A DNA stretch of 64,000 nt from Tricharina praecox (taxonomy: Eukaryota): the NCBI RefSeq assembly GCF_024521635.1, contig NW_026250408.1:496001-560000 (forward strand). The letters are read 5' to 3'. The first letter of the stretch is position 1. The number at the start of each line of letters is the position of its first letter. The notes under the pieces are model-generated. The model saw nothing but the letters and a program-made list of their open reading frames with translations, had not been told where the DNA came from and did not search any database. Positions 11,467-26,126 of the stretch are shown here, in pieces. The position numbers and the translations under genes are program-made.

Positions 11467-12999
11467 ATTTGCTGTGTTGTGTTGTATTTGTTTTGTTCTG
11501 TTTTGTTTTTGCGTGGTTGGACGATGGAGACGATTCGGCGGATGGATGGATGGATGGATGAGTTGTTTTTTCAGCGGAGGAGGAAGGAGCCCAAAAAGTA
11601 CGTGATGTGATGGTTGCAGGCAAAAGATGGAGTGTATAAAAAGTCGAGCCGGTCGACAGGGTGCGTATTATGCGAAGAATGTAAAGAAACTACAAGTAGT
11701 CTATAGACGGACGGACGGAAGGGAAGAATGAGGATCGAGGAAGTGACCGATTGCTGGATGGTATTTTGGATGGGAGGGCAAGTTGGGAAGCACGAGAGAG
11801 GGGCGGTATATATACGGCTGTGTGGCAGGGCAGCAGTGATGATTTCCTTTCCATTCCGCACGGAAGACGTAGCAGAAGTTTCGAATGGAAGGGATCTGCG
11901 AGATCCGTGTCGGTGGCTGTTACAGCTGCAGCACCAAGTTCCAACCAACCAACACGACACAGCGAATGCGATGCACAGCAGACGGACGGAGCGGTGGTGG
12001 CTTGTGGCTGCTGCCTCACCATCGTCACCGACCAACACCTCTTTCTTCTCCAGGGGAGGAGCAGCACCGCCCCGCGCCGTATCGTATCGTATCGTATCGT
12101 ATCGGAATGGACCAGCAACATCGAAACGTCAGAGCTCTTCCCCCCCGCCGCGACCCAGCCCAACCCAACCCAGGCCAACCAGCCCGTGTCCAGTTTGGAA
12201 GTCCGACTCTTGACACATCTGTACGGTTTCAGTGCATACCTACCTGTCGCTGTCGGACCGGGGCGGCTACCTAGTTACTAGCAGGTAGGTAGGGCACCTG
12301 GATTATAAACGCGCCCTTGTTTTTTTTGTCATGGAACTCTTGCATCAGATTCGAAACCGAAGCGAGACAGAGCCTGAGGTTGATGAAGAACCTGGGCAGG
12401 CTTGGCTCGTATCCCCAGAGCCCGGGTTGGGCATGACAGGCGCTTCCGCAGTTGGCGAGGAGCGGGGTTGACTAGTACTTGCAAACTAGTTGGTTAGTTA
12501 GCAGCCGGCCAGCAAGGATGCTGGGGAACATCTTGATAACCGTAGTTAAAATCGTGCCTACCTCATGGATGATGATTCATTCGTGCGTACCGTACGATAG
12601 GTACTCTCAGATCAGAGCAGGACGACGCAGACAAAAGGAAGTCAAGAAATATGAGCCGCTTTTGGAATTTTTTCCTGCAACCCCTGGGGAGTCGTCTGGC
12701 TCATAGTATCGATTTCTCAAAACCAAAATGTTTCTTGGTGCCCCGAGCAATACAGGTAGAGTACTTGGTTAGCCGGAGCTTTGTCATGGGAATACCACAG
12801 TGTATCACTCGGCGACGGAGTATTCGGGCTGCTTACTCCCAACGAAGAAGCAAAGCTGAGGTGCTACGGACAAGTATCACGGTGGCGTGCAGTTATGTGT
12901 TTGTCATAAATTCTCAGGATCTATTCTCTATACTGAGCAGTCCCACCGAAAACAAGTGCGCGTTCTAGATCGTAACATTATAAACAGCGCTCGCGCCCC

Positions 13000-13935
<936 letters not shown>

Positions 13936-14217
13936 TTACATCCCTATTATACCTAGAGCTGGAACCCGGAACTGGCTCACGTAAGCGACTTTCCGTGAAG
14001 CTTCCAATAGAACGTGGCGAGCGGCAAGAAAACGAGAAAAGCTGCAAGAAATTTTCGTCGGAGAGAGAGGTGCTGATCGGAAAACCCTATTGGACGACAG
14101 CGAGTCCAGGCTTCTCTGTTGAATTTTTGTTCCTTTCCAACTCGGTAGAGCTCCGTAGCTCTCTCGATTAAGCTTCGTCCCTTGTTAACTAGTGGACAGT
14201 AGCAGTATTCCTCTCCA

Positions 14218-14583
14218 ATGAAGCTCCATCCCCATGGCGACGACAACAGCAATGACTCCTCCCTCCCACGATACAAAGCTTCCCGACCTCAGTCCATGAG
14301 ACCTTTTCGGAATCCAGTCATTACTCGTTACATATACACATCAAGAAATTTTGATGTTGGACAGCCCCCGGACACTCTCCGCCTCCTATCAACACCACTA
14401 GTTAACAACCCCAGCCCAGTGAACAATCACGACAGTGTGAGTACATACATTCAATAGAATATTTCTTCAAGCTGGAGGCTGACCCATTCCGTTCAGGTGA
14501 ACAAAAAAGGAGGAGCAGAAACGCTATACAAGTTCCCTAGATTATGTGGGCATATGGTCAACGCCAGAGTTATGTACCTATAA
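14218..14583 (+). other. Candidate spliced orphan ORF (~101 aa) or lncRNA divergent from AMMECR1
   Basis: Canonical 60-nt intron 14437-14496 (GTGAGT..GCTGAC..CAG) removes an in-frame TAG. No homology recognised. Confidence 0.3.
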
Positions 14584-15779
14584 ACGGCGAAGAGCTTGCT
14601 GAAGTTCTCACCGCCGACCCGCAGGCTGCCGCAGAGCCACCTTGGGGGTGCAGCCCGTCCAATCCCGAAGAAAGAGCTCAGCGTAGTCACATAAGGGGGG
14701 GTTGGAAATAACCCCCAAAGTACCTATTCTCGCTATAACAAACTCAGACACATGTGGTGATGCATTGCATCGTCCCGGTTCCGGACGAGCTTGGGAGGTT
14801 TCTGGAAAGACAGCTACTTGGGTAGGTATAAGTCTTTTTTCGAAGGCCGCATCTTCCGCGTTGAAGACGGTCTGACTTGGACGGCAAAGGGTGCTGTCAT
14901 TTCCCAGGAGTTTACTCGGATACCGATTCCATTTAGAGATATCAAAGTTCAGTACATACATTCATGTACTTGTCTCGACGCCTACTCGATACCAGGAACT
15001 TTGTATTCTAGTTAGCTAGCTATTCCTCCGCCCAAGTCGGTCAAATCAAATGAGAAAGCCGCTCCGCATTGGAGCTGGGTGCTTTCGAGGTCACAGCGAA
15101 CCTACTTGTCACTCGCCATCGATCGATGCCTAGGTTTCTTGCCAGGCCGATTCCACATCGTGAGATGGGGGAGGGGAAGAGCATACTTCCTATGCCATGC
15201 CCCTAGAATCCAGCCACGACGTAGCCATCCGCTACCACTACTCTACAACTATGCTCTAGTCTATCAGTCTAACTTAGGTAGGTAGTATTTGTAGCGGATG
15301 CTGCATTATCACTCGCTCGGTTTCCAGGATGGAAGTGGGTGAGACGTCAAGTGTCAATGGCGACAAGTTGCAGCGATACACACTGTCAGGGCGGTTCCAA
15401 GGTAGGTTGTCAACCTTACTGCCTTCGGGATGTCGTTCCAAGCGGAGAAAATCCTCATAATATATCACTCGGTCACTTACAGTCATCAAAAATCTGTGCG
15501 CAAGAAAATAGCTCTTCACGAAGCCACAGCACCGCAACTGACTGTACGGTAGCGGGTTTTCCATCCTGACCCTCTGCAGGGCGGGCAGGACAGGTCAGGT
15601 TGGTTTGATTAGTCATAATCTGGAAAGGCTGTACATATGCGAAATGAATTGATGTTCTCTCTCCCTCCACGAAGCCACAGCCACCGTGCGATGTTTACAG
15701 TGCAACCAACGCCACACGTGTGTGTGAATTCAATCTACAACCTATCCAATGCTATGCAAGCTAACATCCACTCCATCCT

Positions 15780-18667
15780 TCAAACCGCCACTGGGGGCAC
15801 ATCAATATCCATCTTCGCGAGCTCCTCCTCATCCGAGAAATCGTAATGACTCCCGACATCATCGCCGTCGCCATTGCCCATCTGCTCGGCATCTTTCCCA
15901 GTCACCTCCTCAACCCTGCCACCCACCGCGTTGCTCCGCTGGTGTTCCTCGAGCTCCGCCAGCGTCCACGTCGATATGCCGTCGCGCTCCTCCATGGGCT
16001 GGGCCATAGTTCTGAGAAACTTCTTGGCCGCTGCAACCGCCATATCCGTGGACAGGTTGACATCGCTCTCGTGAAGGGCCTGCGCGATCCATTTCGGAAG
16101 CTGTGTTCGCTTCCGGCCATAGCGCTTATCCGCGAGCACCATGATTCCGTAGTCATCTTTCCCGCGGAGGACACGGCCAAGGCACTGTGCGGCGTGGCGC
16201 ATCGCGTCGAACGAGAGGAAATCGCTCTCCCGGATCCGAAAGTTCTCGCGGAGGAATTCGAGGCGCGCTTTGAGGATTCGAGACTCGGTGTACTGGTATG
16301 GAACTCCTATGCAGAGCACAGTGCGTCCGTAGTGATGGTCGAAATCGATTCCCTCGCTCACCTTGCCGCGCGCGACGCAGAGCATTACTGCGCCGCGGCC
16401 ATTGCAGCAGGCGGTGCGGTAGGTTTCCAGAGCCAAACTGGTTTCCTGGCTGTCGGGAGTTTCCACTAGGAGGAGCTTGTATTTCCAAACTTCGTCGAGG
16501 ATCCCCATGCCTTGCCACATGCTGATTATGCTCTCCATGTAAAGGTAGGAGGGGAAGAAGACGACCATCCCGTCGGGGGTAATCTTGGAGAATTCGACAA
16601 GGAGACTGCCGTAGTTCCGTACGACACCGGGATCGTTGCGGATCTCGAATCGGCTGCTGACAGCTACTTGGTCGCTACCGCGGGTTACGATGAGGGGAAG
16701 GAAGGAACGTCGCGCTAGAGTCATGGTGTAGGACTCCATGACGACCGTCTCGAATTGCAACATCCGTGGGTACATATCCAGCGGGGAAATTGTCCCCGAG
16801 GTTATGACGACCGACGAGAAGCGGTCGAACACAGGCTTAATGGCAATAGAGGCATCCAGACAGGTAAAGTGTAGGACGGGATTAGGCACTTTGGCAGCTT
16901 CAGATTCGAATGGTTCCAGTATTAATAGGAACCCCTTCTCATATGTTGCCACTAAGGTTGCAAATGTTGCGACCTGTTGTAATGGTTGGTAGTCCTCTAT
17001 ATTGGCCAGCTCCAGAGTGCGTACGAGAGATGTGAGCCGTTCCGCACAGAACCTACGGACAGCCCGTCAATACTTTCCCACGGTGTAGAAGGAGTGGAAA
17101 CCAACCTCAGAGGCTTCTTCTCGATGAATGTCAAGTCTTTTAGATGCTTAAGGAATGATGCTGGAGTTTCCGAGATGACGTGCAGGACTTTCATTCGTGT
17201 CTGCAGACACTCAGCATGTTTGTATCCAACCGACATCCCAAGCATTTACATACCTTCAAATATTCGACAAACCGTTTCAAGAATGCCACAAAATGCTCAG
17301 CTCTCCGGATATTACCAGGCACTGCTTCTTTCAACAGATCATCAGGTAACACTATTACCTCGTCAGCTCATACGCTCCGTATCGTAATACGATAAACCCA
17401 CCAGGATTGGCCATGAACGAATCTTCAGATTCTCTCCTCTCATCTTCCTGCCGCAGGCCTTCAACAAGCTTCTGATATTCATTCTGTAGCTTCGCCGCAT
17501 CACTCGTTTTCATCTCCGCGATCTTACGTTCCAGATTGGTTGCTCCCCGAGAGGCTTTCCGTAGTGAGTCATCAGTCAGGTCTATGCTCAGCGACTCAAT
17601 GCACACGTTGTCGATATTGTGGGCTTCGTCGAATACCACGATACAGTCCTTGGAGAATTCCTTCGATACACGCTCGGCAATCTTAGGATCGAGTAGGTAA
17701 TGGTACGAGTAGATGATCACATCGCAGAACGGCATCTAGTACATTTCTGATGTGAGCATCGGTCGAACTCTTGTTGGATATTCAACTGGACATACCATTC
17801 TCCGTGCACTGAAGTACGGGCATTGTGTGTGCTTCTCGCAGTACTTCAACAGTCCATCGAACGTATATACACCCGGCGGGATGAGGTTACTCGGCTCCAG
17901 CAGGTCCAGATTCTGCCCCCACATCAGTCGCCCGTTCACCGTTATTACTGGGAGGCAGCTCACATCATGATAAACGCAAACCTCCACATCCTCGCCCTGC
18001 GCCTTCTTCTCCTTTACAAACCCCGCCGTAAGGCTTCTACATCTCGCATCGACCGCCTCGCCCCTCTTCTCCCTCTTCACCCCGGGGTGCAGACACAAAT
18101 TTTTCCTACTGGTTAAACCCAGCCCACGGAACTCCTCGACATATCCCAGCTCTTTGGCGCGGTACGCCATCAACGCCTTCAACTCTGCCAATGCCTTCTC
18201 GATCTCCGACATCGTGCGCGAGCAGTAGATGAGCTTTCGCGGCTCCGCGGACGCTTGCTGGTATGCCACAATCAATGAGAGAAGCGAGACGGTCTTGCCG
18301 GTGCCCGAAGGCATCTCGAGGATGCCATGGCCGCCCGCGTCGAGCGTTCCTGGAGCTTGTTAGTTCTTCTATTAAACTAGTCGTCGCGGTCGCTGGGGTG
18401 GTACGCTTGAGATCTGTCATGTAGCTTTGTTCCCGCAGGCCCGTTAGCTACCTCTAGCGCCCCGGTCGTCGTGGGTGTAAACATACGCATATTGTTCTAT
18501 CGATTGAGTCCGGAGTTAGCTATCAAGCTATCAGACACCACTGGGGAGTTCCGGAACATACCTGGATAGATCTTTGGATATGGGAAGAGAACTTCCAGAT
18601 CACTAGCACCAAGTTAAAAACTGACATCGCGAAGTTTGGAGGGGACATACCCAATCTTGAACCTCAT
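15780..18667 (-). CDS. RAD3: TFIIH DNA helicase subunit XPD/Rad3 (Rad15)
   Basis: 10 exons: 18667-18651, 18602-18562, 18496-18487, 18424-18405, 18349-17964, 17912-17796, 17735-17402, 17351-17254, 17200-17106, 17052-15780. Motifs [20 protein letters not shown], Fe-S cysteines (NLCLHP), [23 protein letters not shown] and QCLGRVLR. Confidence 0.97.
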
Positions 18668-19723
18668 CGTGGCGGTGGATGAAGGAAGTGGCGCGTGGAA
18701 AGAGCTGGGAAGACGCGAAGGTTTTCGGATCCATGAAGTTGGTGGCAACGTCAGTGGAACGCTAATGCCTGATCAGCTGATTTGGAACCCTTGGAACTCC
18801 ACATGGTATCACTCGTTGCCAATGGTATGTACTCACATCTTCTCGTTTGGAGCTGTAAGCAGGAGGGATGAACAGCGGTTTTTAACGGGTGGGATAAATT
18901 TCTACTCGTATATGGTGGCTTTCGGGATTCATTCACTCCACACACATCTAAGTTCCTGTTCCTTCCCCACCAGTAGCGGAGGTCAGCCGTTCTCATCTCT
19001 ATATTCTACTAGAGGGTAAGGTAACAATAGGTTATGCAGTAAATGAAGTCCTGTAATGGGAGGTTTTCATTCTGTATCTTTTGACCTCGAGGGCCTCTGG
19101 GTATAGTAAAGGAAGTCCAAAGATCTGGCAGCGGGGAAGCTAAAATGCTAGAGTTTTGAGGGAGCTTGGACGGAATTAGTGTTGGTTAGAACTTTATGCA
19201 GTAGGTGGATAACTATCACGGGGTCTTTGAGGCAATGGTTGCGCTTCCGGGTTGATGGTGGACGTTTGTGGAGGTTCGTCTTCACCGCTCTGCTAGACGT
19301 CAACTGACGCGAGCGCGACGCGAGTATGTCAGGTTGGAGACGCAGAGCTTCTCCATTCTACTGAATGGCCGAAAGGTTCATCCCAATCCCAGTGCAGCGC
19401 AAGCTTATTCATCGTCATTGTGCACGGTTACATTCTTTGTCGGCGCTTGACACATCTCGCGCACAGACATTCCCTCAGAATCCAGATGCCGAGGATCCAA
19501 GTTGCCCCCCTTCAACGTCTGCCACATGCTTGGATAGAAATGGTGGGGTAAAGTAAAGATGGGGCACACAGAGCTCAATCGATGCAAACAAGTAATCGTC
19601 CCGTGGACCTCCTACGAAAAGCAAAGCAAAGCAAAGCAAAGAACTGCCTCGATACCTATGCAAGGTTGACCTGTTCGTTTCCCTTCCATTCCACGCGTAC
19701 CGGCCCGGGTGTGCACTTTCCCG

Positions 19724-20461
19724 TCATACGAGTGCATGTACCTTGCTCCCTCCTTCCCTTGTTTCGTCGGGGATTGGTGGTGTGGCAGTGAATGCACGTG
19801 CTGGTGCGCTTGCTTCGAGATCTTGTAGCTCTTCACCGTTGTTCTCGAACTCCACGTCGTCTTCTGCCGACACTGGCTGGTAGAGCTTGGTGAGGCGCTT
19901 GCGCTCGAGCATTCGCCGGTGGTACCAGGTGCACAACAGCAACCCCAGTCCGGAGCCGAGGAGATTCGAGACGATGTCTAGAGGATCGAATTCACGGCTC
20001 TGTGACGGACGGTGTTGGTAAGGTGAAACATGGAAGAAACATGTGTAGTTGTTTGGGGAAGCATACTGTGGCCACGCTCTGCACGAACTCGCTACCGACT
20101 CCGCCGACCAGCGTACAGACTCCCATCGTGAGATTCACTACCCGACGGCGGCTCGCATCGAGAATCCAGTAGAAGCATACCTGCCGAGAGGTTAGACGAG
20201 TGCCGGAAGAAGTCGAGGAGAGTAGATGATGTAACTGACCGTCAAGGTCAGGAATGTGACGAAGTGTAGGAACTTGTCGTTGACGGGGAGGTGCAGTGAG
20301 GAGAAACCGAGGTAGGCCGCGATCAGGCACAAGGTCAGAAATGCGAGGGCAAAGGGCTTTCGTATTCTAGAGTGGGTGTGGACGAGTTAGCTACATGTTC
20401 GGTGAACCAGCCCCACTAACACAACGGTTCTCCGCGGTGATGGTGCAGAATCTCACCTCAT
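19724..20461 (-). CDS. VanZ-like membrane protein
   Basis: Exons 20461-20457 (ATGAG), 20366-20240, 20180-20067 and 19999-19724 give MRIRKPF..NDKFLHFVTF..GVGSEFVQ..REFDPLDIVSNLLG..WYHRRMLERKR. Confidence 0.88.
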
Positions 20462-21248
20462 GGCAGCGTCGTTTCGTATGCTATGATTGCATCAGTTTGC
20501 CGGCGTGGTTATGGTTGGGATTCGTCTGTCCGTTGGACCCGAGGATCGACTGGTCCGTGGTTTGCCTTTCCGTGTGCTTGTTGAAGTTCGGCCGAGTTGA
20601 AGTTTATGGATGGTGGTGGTGGTAGTGATAGCTATATCGATGGTGGAGACGATGATGGCGGGGATGATGCTTATGTGGTCGTATGAGATTAAGATGCAGT
20701 GGTGCCGTTGTGTCTGGATATACTAGTAAACCCTCTATTCTCCCTCTTCCATTGCCCTCTGACACTTCTCTCCTGCCTCCCATTTTGTTTCGACTCTGCT
20801 CTCTTCACTCTCCTGCCCCACTTCCGATGACATCTTCATGGTCTTAGCACGTTCACCTCCGCCAACCACCGCTGCTCGTCAGCCACATTCACCAGCCGCC
20901 CTGCCGCACCGCGTAGGGTTACACGAACCCATACCCATAACTAGAGCCACCTCCAGCTCGGCCAATCCCAAACCCACCATCCACCTGACTGATCTGATGG
21001 GACTTGCCTGACTAAGGCGGCTCTTCAACAACAACTTCCAACCCTCCCCTTCTCCGCGAGGGAACGATACTTCTTCCACAACCAAGCAAAAATATCAAAT
21101 CCCGCTTTTCATCCCATTCTCCAGTCCCCACTTTTCGCGGGTCGCCTGTCGCACGCGAGGGCTATGACCCGTGCTACTTGAATACGCTTCTGACGTCTCC
21201 CTTCGCGTCAGATATCCCCCAATCTGTGCCCCCCTTGTGTATAAAATC

Positions 21249-24200
21249 ATGTCCTCTCTACCTCCAGCACAACGGCAGCGCTTACAGCCCACCCGCGATG
21301 ACTCCTTCCCCCGTGCCGATCGCACGCGAACACTCTCAGCCGAGATCGTTGGCGACGTGGCCGACAGAGAGGAACAATCCGATCCTATCATGGCCGCCTT
21401 CCACGACCGATATCAACTATTCGAGAGATCCATAAACGCCCTGTTTCGCTCCGATCACCCGTGCTGCGCCGCGTCCGAGCTCGATATTGCATCGCTGGAA
21501 TTCGCCGAACATGATATGACCGACGATGCGCCCGCCGCCGCCGCAGAACCCCCTAAGCCGGCCGCCCCCGTGCGCGTGGAGGATGACGACTATGACTTCG
21601 ACGAGGACGAGGATGAGGCCCCCGCGAAAAAGCCAGCCACACCGCCGCCGCTGCCGAAGCGGTTGTCTTCCTCGCAGGTGACGTCGACCGGATCCCCGAC
21701 GAGACCAGGCATCGATGCCAAGGATATCGTCGCGACCCGGGAGAAATTGGAGGCCGACCGCAAGGCCGCCGAGGAGGCGGCGAAGCGCGCGTTCCATACT
21801 ACTTTCTTTACGTTGGAAACCGACCGCGATGCGATGCTGGAACAGCAGAAGTTGGACGAATCGGATCGTCAGGTCAATGCTGAGGCCAATGCGGCTCAAG
21901 ATACGCAGCCGGGGAAGCTCTCGAGCGCTAATTTGGGCGCATCAAGCTTGACCTTGAAGCATCTCATTGCTCGTATCGATGCGACCCGAGAGCGGGTTAA
22001 GATCTCGGACATGGAGCTGCGCAACCTTATGTCGGAGGTGCGCAAGAACCGGTCTAAATGGGCGAGCGAGGAGAAGGTTGGCCAGGAGGAACTCTATGAA
22101 GCTGCGGAAAAGGTTGTTCTGGAATTGCGTGCAATGACAGAGCATTCCACGGCATTCCTGAACAGAGTAAACAAGAGAGAAGCTCCGGATTACTACACGA
22201 GTGAGATATCCACAGGGCATACCATGGCCGTAAGCATTGACTAACAGTCGTTTGCAGTCATTAAACAGCCTATGGACCTTGGCACAGTTATGAAGAAGCT
22301 GAAGCAACACCAATACAAAAGCAAGAAGGAGTTCGTCGAAGATATTAATCTCATCTGGGCGAATTGCCTCAAGTACAATGCCGACCCGAACCATTTCCTC
22401 CGCAAACACGCGAAAGCCATGCAGAAGATCACAGCTACCCTAGAACCACTAATCCCCGACATCGTTATCCGGGATCGAGCGGAGGTAGAGGCGGAAGAAG
22501 CGGGTGCTGCTGAGGTTGATGCCGAGGGAGAAAGTGACGATGGTAGTTCACCAGTGACGTTATTACTGGAGTGGCTTTGTTGACACCTTATCTAGAACCC
22601 ATAATGTCCAGCCGCGGACGGAAAGGACCAGGCACAAAGAAGTCGAGAAAAGGTGCATCGCTACCGCGGGAAGGCACTCCCGACATCAAACCCCCAATAG
22701 TCAATCTCATCCGCGCCGATTCAAATCCCCCGCCAAACGACACCCATATGAGTCAAAACGGATTCCTTACACCAACCGGTGGAACACCGATGCCGAACGG
22801 GATCTCGGGAATCTCTCAGCTGGATTTGGACCATGACAAGCTGGCGGATGACAGCAAGGACCCCGAGTATCAAGCGTGGAAGAAGATTACCAAGAAGGGG
22901 AGGGCAAAGATTGCGGTAAGGACGATTGATTGTCTGGCTAGCCGGATATTGGGCTGATGTTTTGTCTAGAGCGAGCGCCATAAACTAGTTCGCGGTAACA
23001 AAATCAACCCCGAAGAGCCCGCTTTGATACGTTCGAGAATCGGTATGGCAAGACATATCAAGAACGCGGAAAGTCATCTAAAGGACATTGAGGAGGATGA
23101 CCTGGTGGGGACTCTCTTTGGGGATGCGGAAGAAGAGGATGGGATACTTTTGCCAGACTATTACTACCCACAGGCTTGCGTGCCTGAAATTCCATGGAGA
23201 ACAGTTTGGGCGAACGATGGGGACGAGGAAGAGGTCGAAATGCCCGACGAGCGAGTGAGGATTGCACCTAGGGGGATGTTTGTCCCGTCGAAATCGATAC
23301 TCGCCAGCAAAATTGATGGAAACATCAAACAGATCCAAGAGACAAGGAAACTATGTGCAAAGATTGGCGTTGTCAAGCAGATGCAGGTTCAGACTCAGGT
23401 ACGAACACACAGTCCGTCCTGGAGCCACAGTAACTGACTATAGCCCGCTTAAAGATGTACGCCAACCAATTCACGAAATACAATCCCAAAGAGTTTGTGG
23501 AGAAGGATGTGGATGATTTTGTCATATCTGATGACGGGCCGGTGATGTGTGCGAATGTCGCGCGGGCTGCGCTACAGCGTTCGATCGGGAAAGTCTTTTA
23601 CCATGCCGGCTTCGAGGAATTCCAGCCCACAGCTATAGATGCCATAACCGACATTGCAGTGGATTACTTCCAGAAACTCGGCAAGACCCTAATGGTTTAT
23701 CAAGAGGCGCCCCAGCACGAGCGCAGATTTGACACCGAGGTAGGTGGTCGTAACATCCTTGGTTCCTGCGTCACATCAAATTAACGGCTGGTTGCAGGAA
23801 ACCATACTACATACCCTCTGCCATAACGGCGCGGATGTCGAGTGCTTAGACAACTACATCCGAGACGACGTTGATCGGCTCGGTACGAAGCTGAATAGCA
23901 TCCATGAGCGTATGAAGTGCCACCTTGCAGATCTTCTGGTGGGTCTACCGCGCATCTATTGGGTATTTCTAGTGCTAACCGTTTCCAGCGTCCTGCACTT
24001 GCCGACTCGACCGGCGATGATGCGAACTTTGTTGACGGCAGTGAGCAATTCATCGGCGGCGACTTTGCATCGGACATTGGCGATGATTTCTTTGGATTTA
24101 AAGAACTTGGTCTTGATAAGGAGTTTTCCTTATCAACCTTGTCCGTACCCTTGCACCTGCTCCAAGGCAGAATGAACAAAGCATATCAGCCCATCCAGAT

Positions 24201-24646
24201 GTATGTCCCCCATTCTCATCCCACATGTTCCGCTTGCTTACATTTGAACCCATAGCCCTGGCGCTACTGCCGACGAAGGCCACAAACCTCCGCCTTCATT
24301 CGAACCAGTCACTCACGAGCTCCTCAAGCCTCAAATCGACCTGGTGCGAAACTTCTTCCTGGCCAAGCTCCACGCCAACAATGAGCAACCCCTTATCGAA
24401 GACGAGGACCTTCCGCTCAAGCAGCGGCCGCCTAAGCCGCGTCTCCCACCGACAGGAAAGATTTCCATGCCCCGGAAGCGACCCCTCAACGGCCAGGGCG
24501 GTGGCAGCAAAAAGAAAAAGAAGCCAAATGCCGCGCCGCCACCAGTCAAAAAGGAGTTTATGGAACGCAGCGCCAGCAAGATCTCCGAGGCAGACGACGG
24601 AAACGGTGGTATGATGAGTCCCGAGAGCTTAGTGGCTGCTGGGTGA
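21249..24646 (+). CDS. SPT7: SAGA complex subunit Spt7 (bromodomain + histone fold)
   Basis: Exons 21249-22200, 22258-22542, 22596-22915, 22970-23398, 23455-23739, 23798-23938, 23989-24200, 24256-24646. Motifs [28 protein letters not shown], bromodomain [49 protein letters not shown] and [13 protein letters not shown]. Confidence 0.95.
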
Positions 24647-26126
24647 GCGGGCGAGCGTGTACATGGTAGAGGAGGTTTTTATTTACTTTCTACTTTTTTC
24701 TTTCCGGGCTAGGTTTTACTGTGTTTCTTTTCGGGGAGAGGTTTACCGCCGTTTATTTCCTCGCTGGCTGATGATGATATCTCGGGCCCTTTCCGTCGTC
24801 CTCGCAATATCCCCCTTTTTTCCTTTACATTACTATGTATATGTATGTATCCCGCCGTCCCTACATACTCATCCTTCCAGGTTTGCTTTTGCTTTTTTGC
24901 TTTTTGCTTTTTGCTTTTTGTTACTTTGGGCGTTCAGGTTGAAATGTTTGTGGTCCTTTTTTTGGTTTCTGTGATGCGATGTGCTGCGATGTGATGTGCT
25001 GCTGTTCGGTTGACTACCTTACTTACTTACTTATACCATGAGAATGTATGATCGTGTGTGGTGTGTGTGCCCGTAGTGGTTTTTTTTGGCATCTGCAGTT
25101 TGTGAAGGGTGGTGGTGGGTGTTTTGCATTTTTGTCGAATGTGTTTTGGAGGGAGGGGGAGGAATGGAGATGGGAGGTGGGTGGATGAGTTGATGTGTGG
25201 ATGGGATACTATGGGTGGGCGGAAGGGAAGGTATGGTGACGATACTTAGAAATTGAGCTCGTTCAATTGGTATGGAGTATCATACGGCCATTGTAACAGG
25301 GCAGAATGCATTGTATGGTAGCCGACGGGACCGAATGATGAATCTTTTGCAAAGAGGAACCACCACCCAACACGATCGTGATCCGGCAACGACAAGCCCA
25401 GCCCACCACTAGCACTGTCCCCATGGAACATGGGACATACCAGCAGGCTCTCCAGAGTCCATTCACAGTGGTATGATCGAACGATACCGGTACATACAAC
25501 TTCGTCTCTTTAGTATATGTATCGTATCCTAAACAACAATTACATCCCTCCCTCTCCCGCTTTCCTTCCTTCCCTCCTTCCTCCCTGCGTCACAGACCCA
25601 CACTGAGATCTCAGCTCTTCCTATCATACCAGTATAACACACACACACACAAAAAAAAAGGGTATCAAGACCTAATGAAATCCCCCCCTCCATCCCCCTC
25701 CATCTCTCCATCCCTCTCCCTCTCCCTCTCCCTCTCCCTTCCTATTAAGTAAAGTAACCCAACTTCTTCCCTGAACGAAAATGAAAGTAGAAATTAAAAA
25801 GTAGAAATCACAACGCCCAACCGGATAACACGCAAAAGTAAAAGCAAAGGCAAAAGTAAAGCAAAAGTAAAGCAAAAGTAAAGCGCAGCAAAGCAAAGCA
25901 ACCCTCCGTTTTTATGGGCTGAGGAGAGGGAACGGAACTACAAAGGTGGGTAAAGAATCGAAAAGCTTGGTGATAGAAGAAAGAAGCAAAAAGAGAGTGC
26001 AAAGAAAGAAAAGAAAGAAAGAAAAGGAATATGCAGCGCTGATAGACAGATAGACAGGATGGATGGTAGAAACATCAAAGGCCATTAAATTCATGTGTGG
26101 GTGGGTGGGTGTGGGGAGGTCGTGGA

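Noticed and set aside
15274..15564. 96-aa minus ORF with an internal GTAAGT downstream of RAD3
   Set aside because: No convincing branch or acceptor and no recognisable homology.
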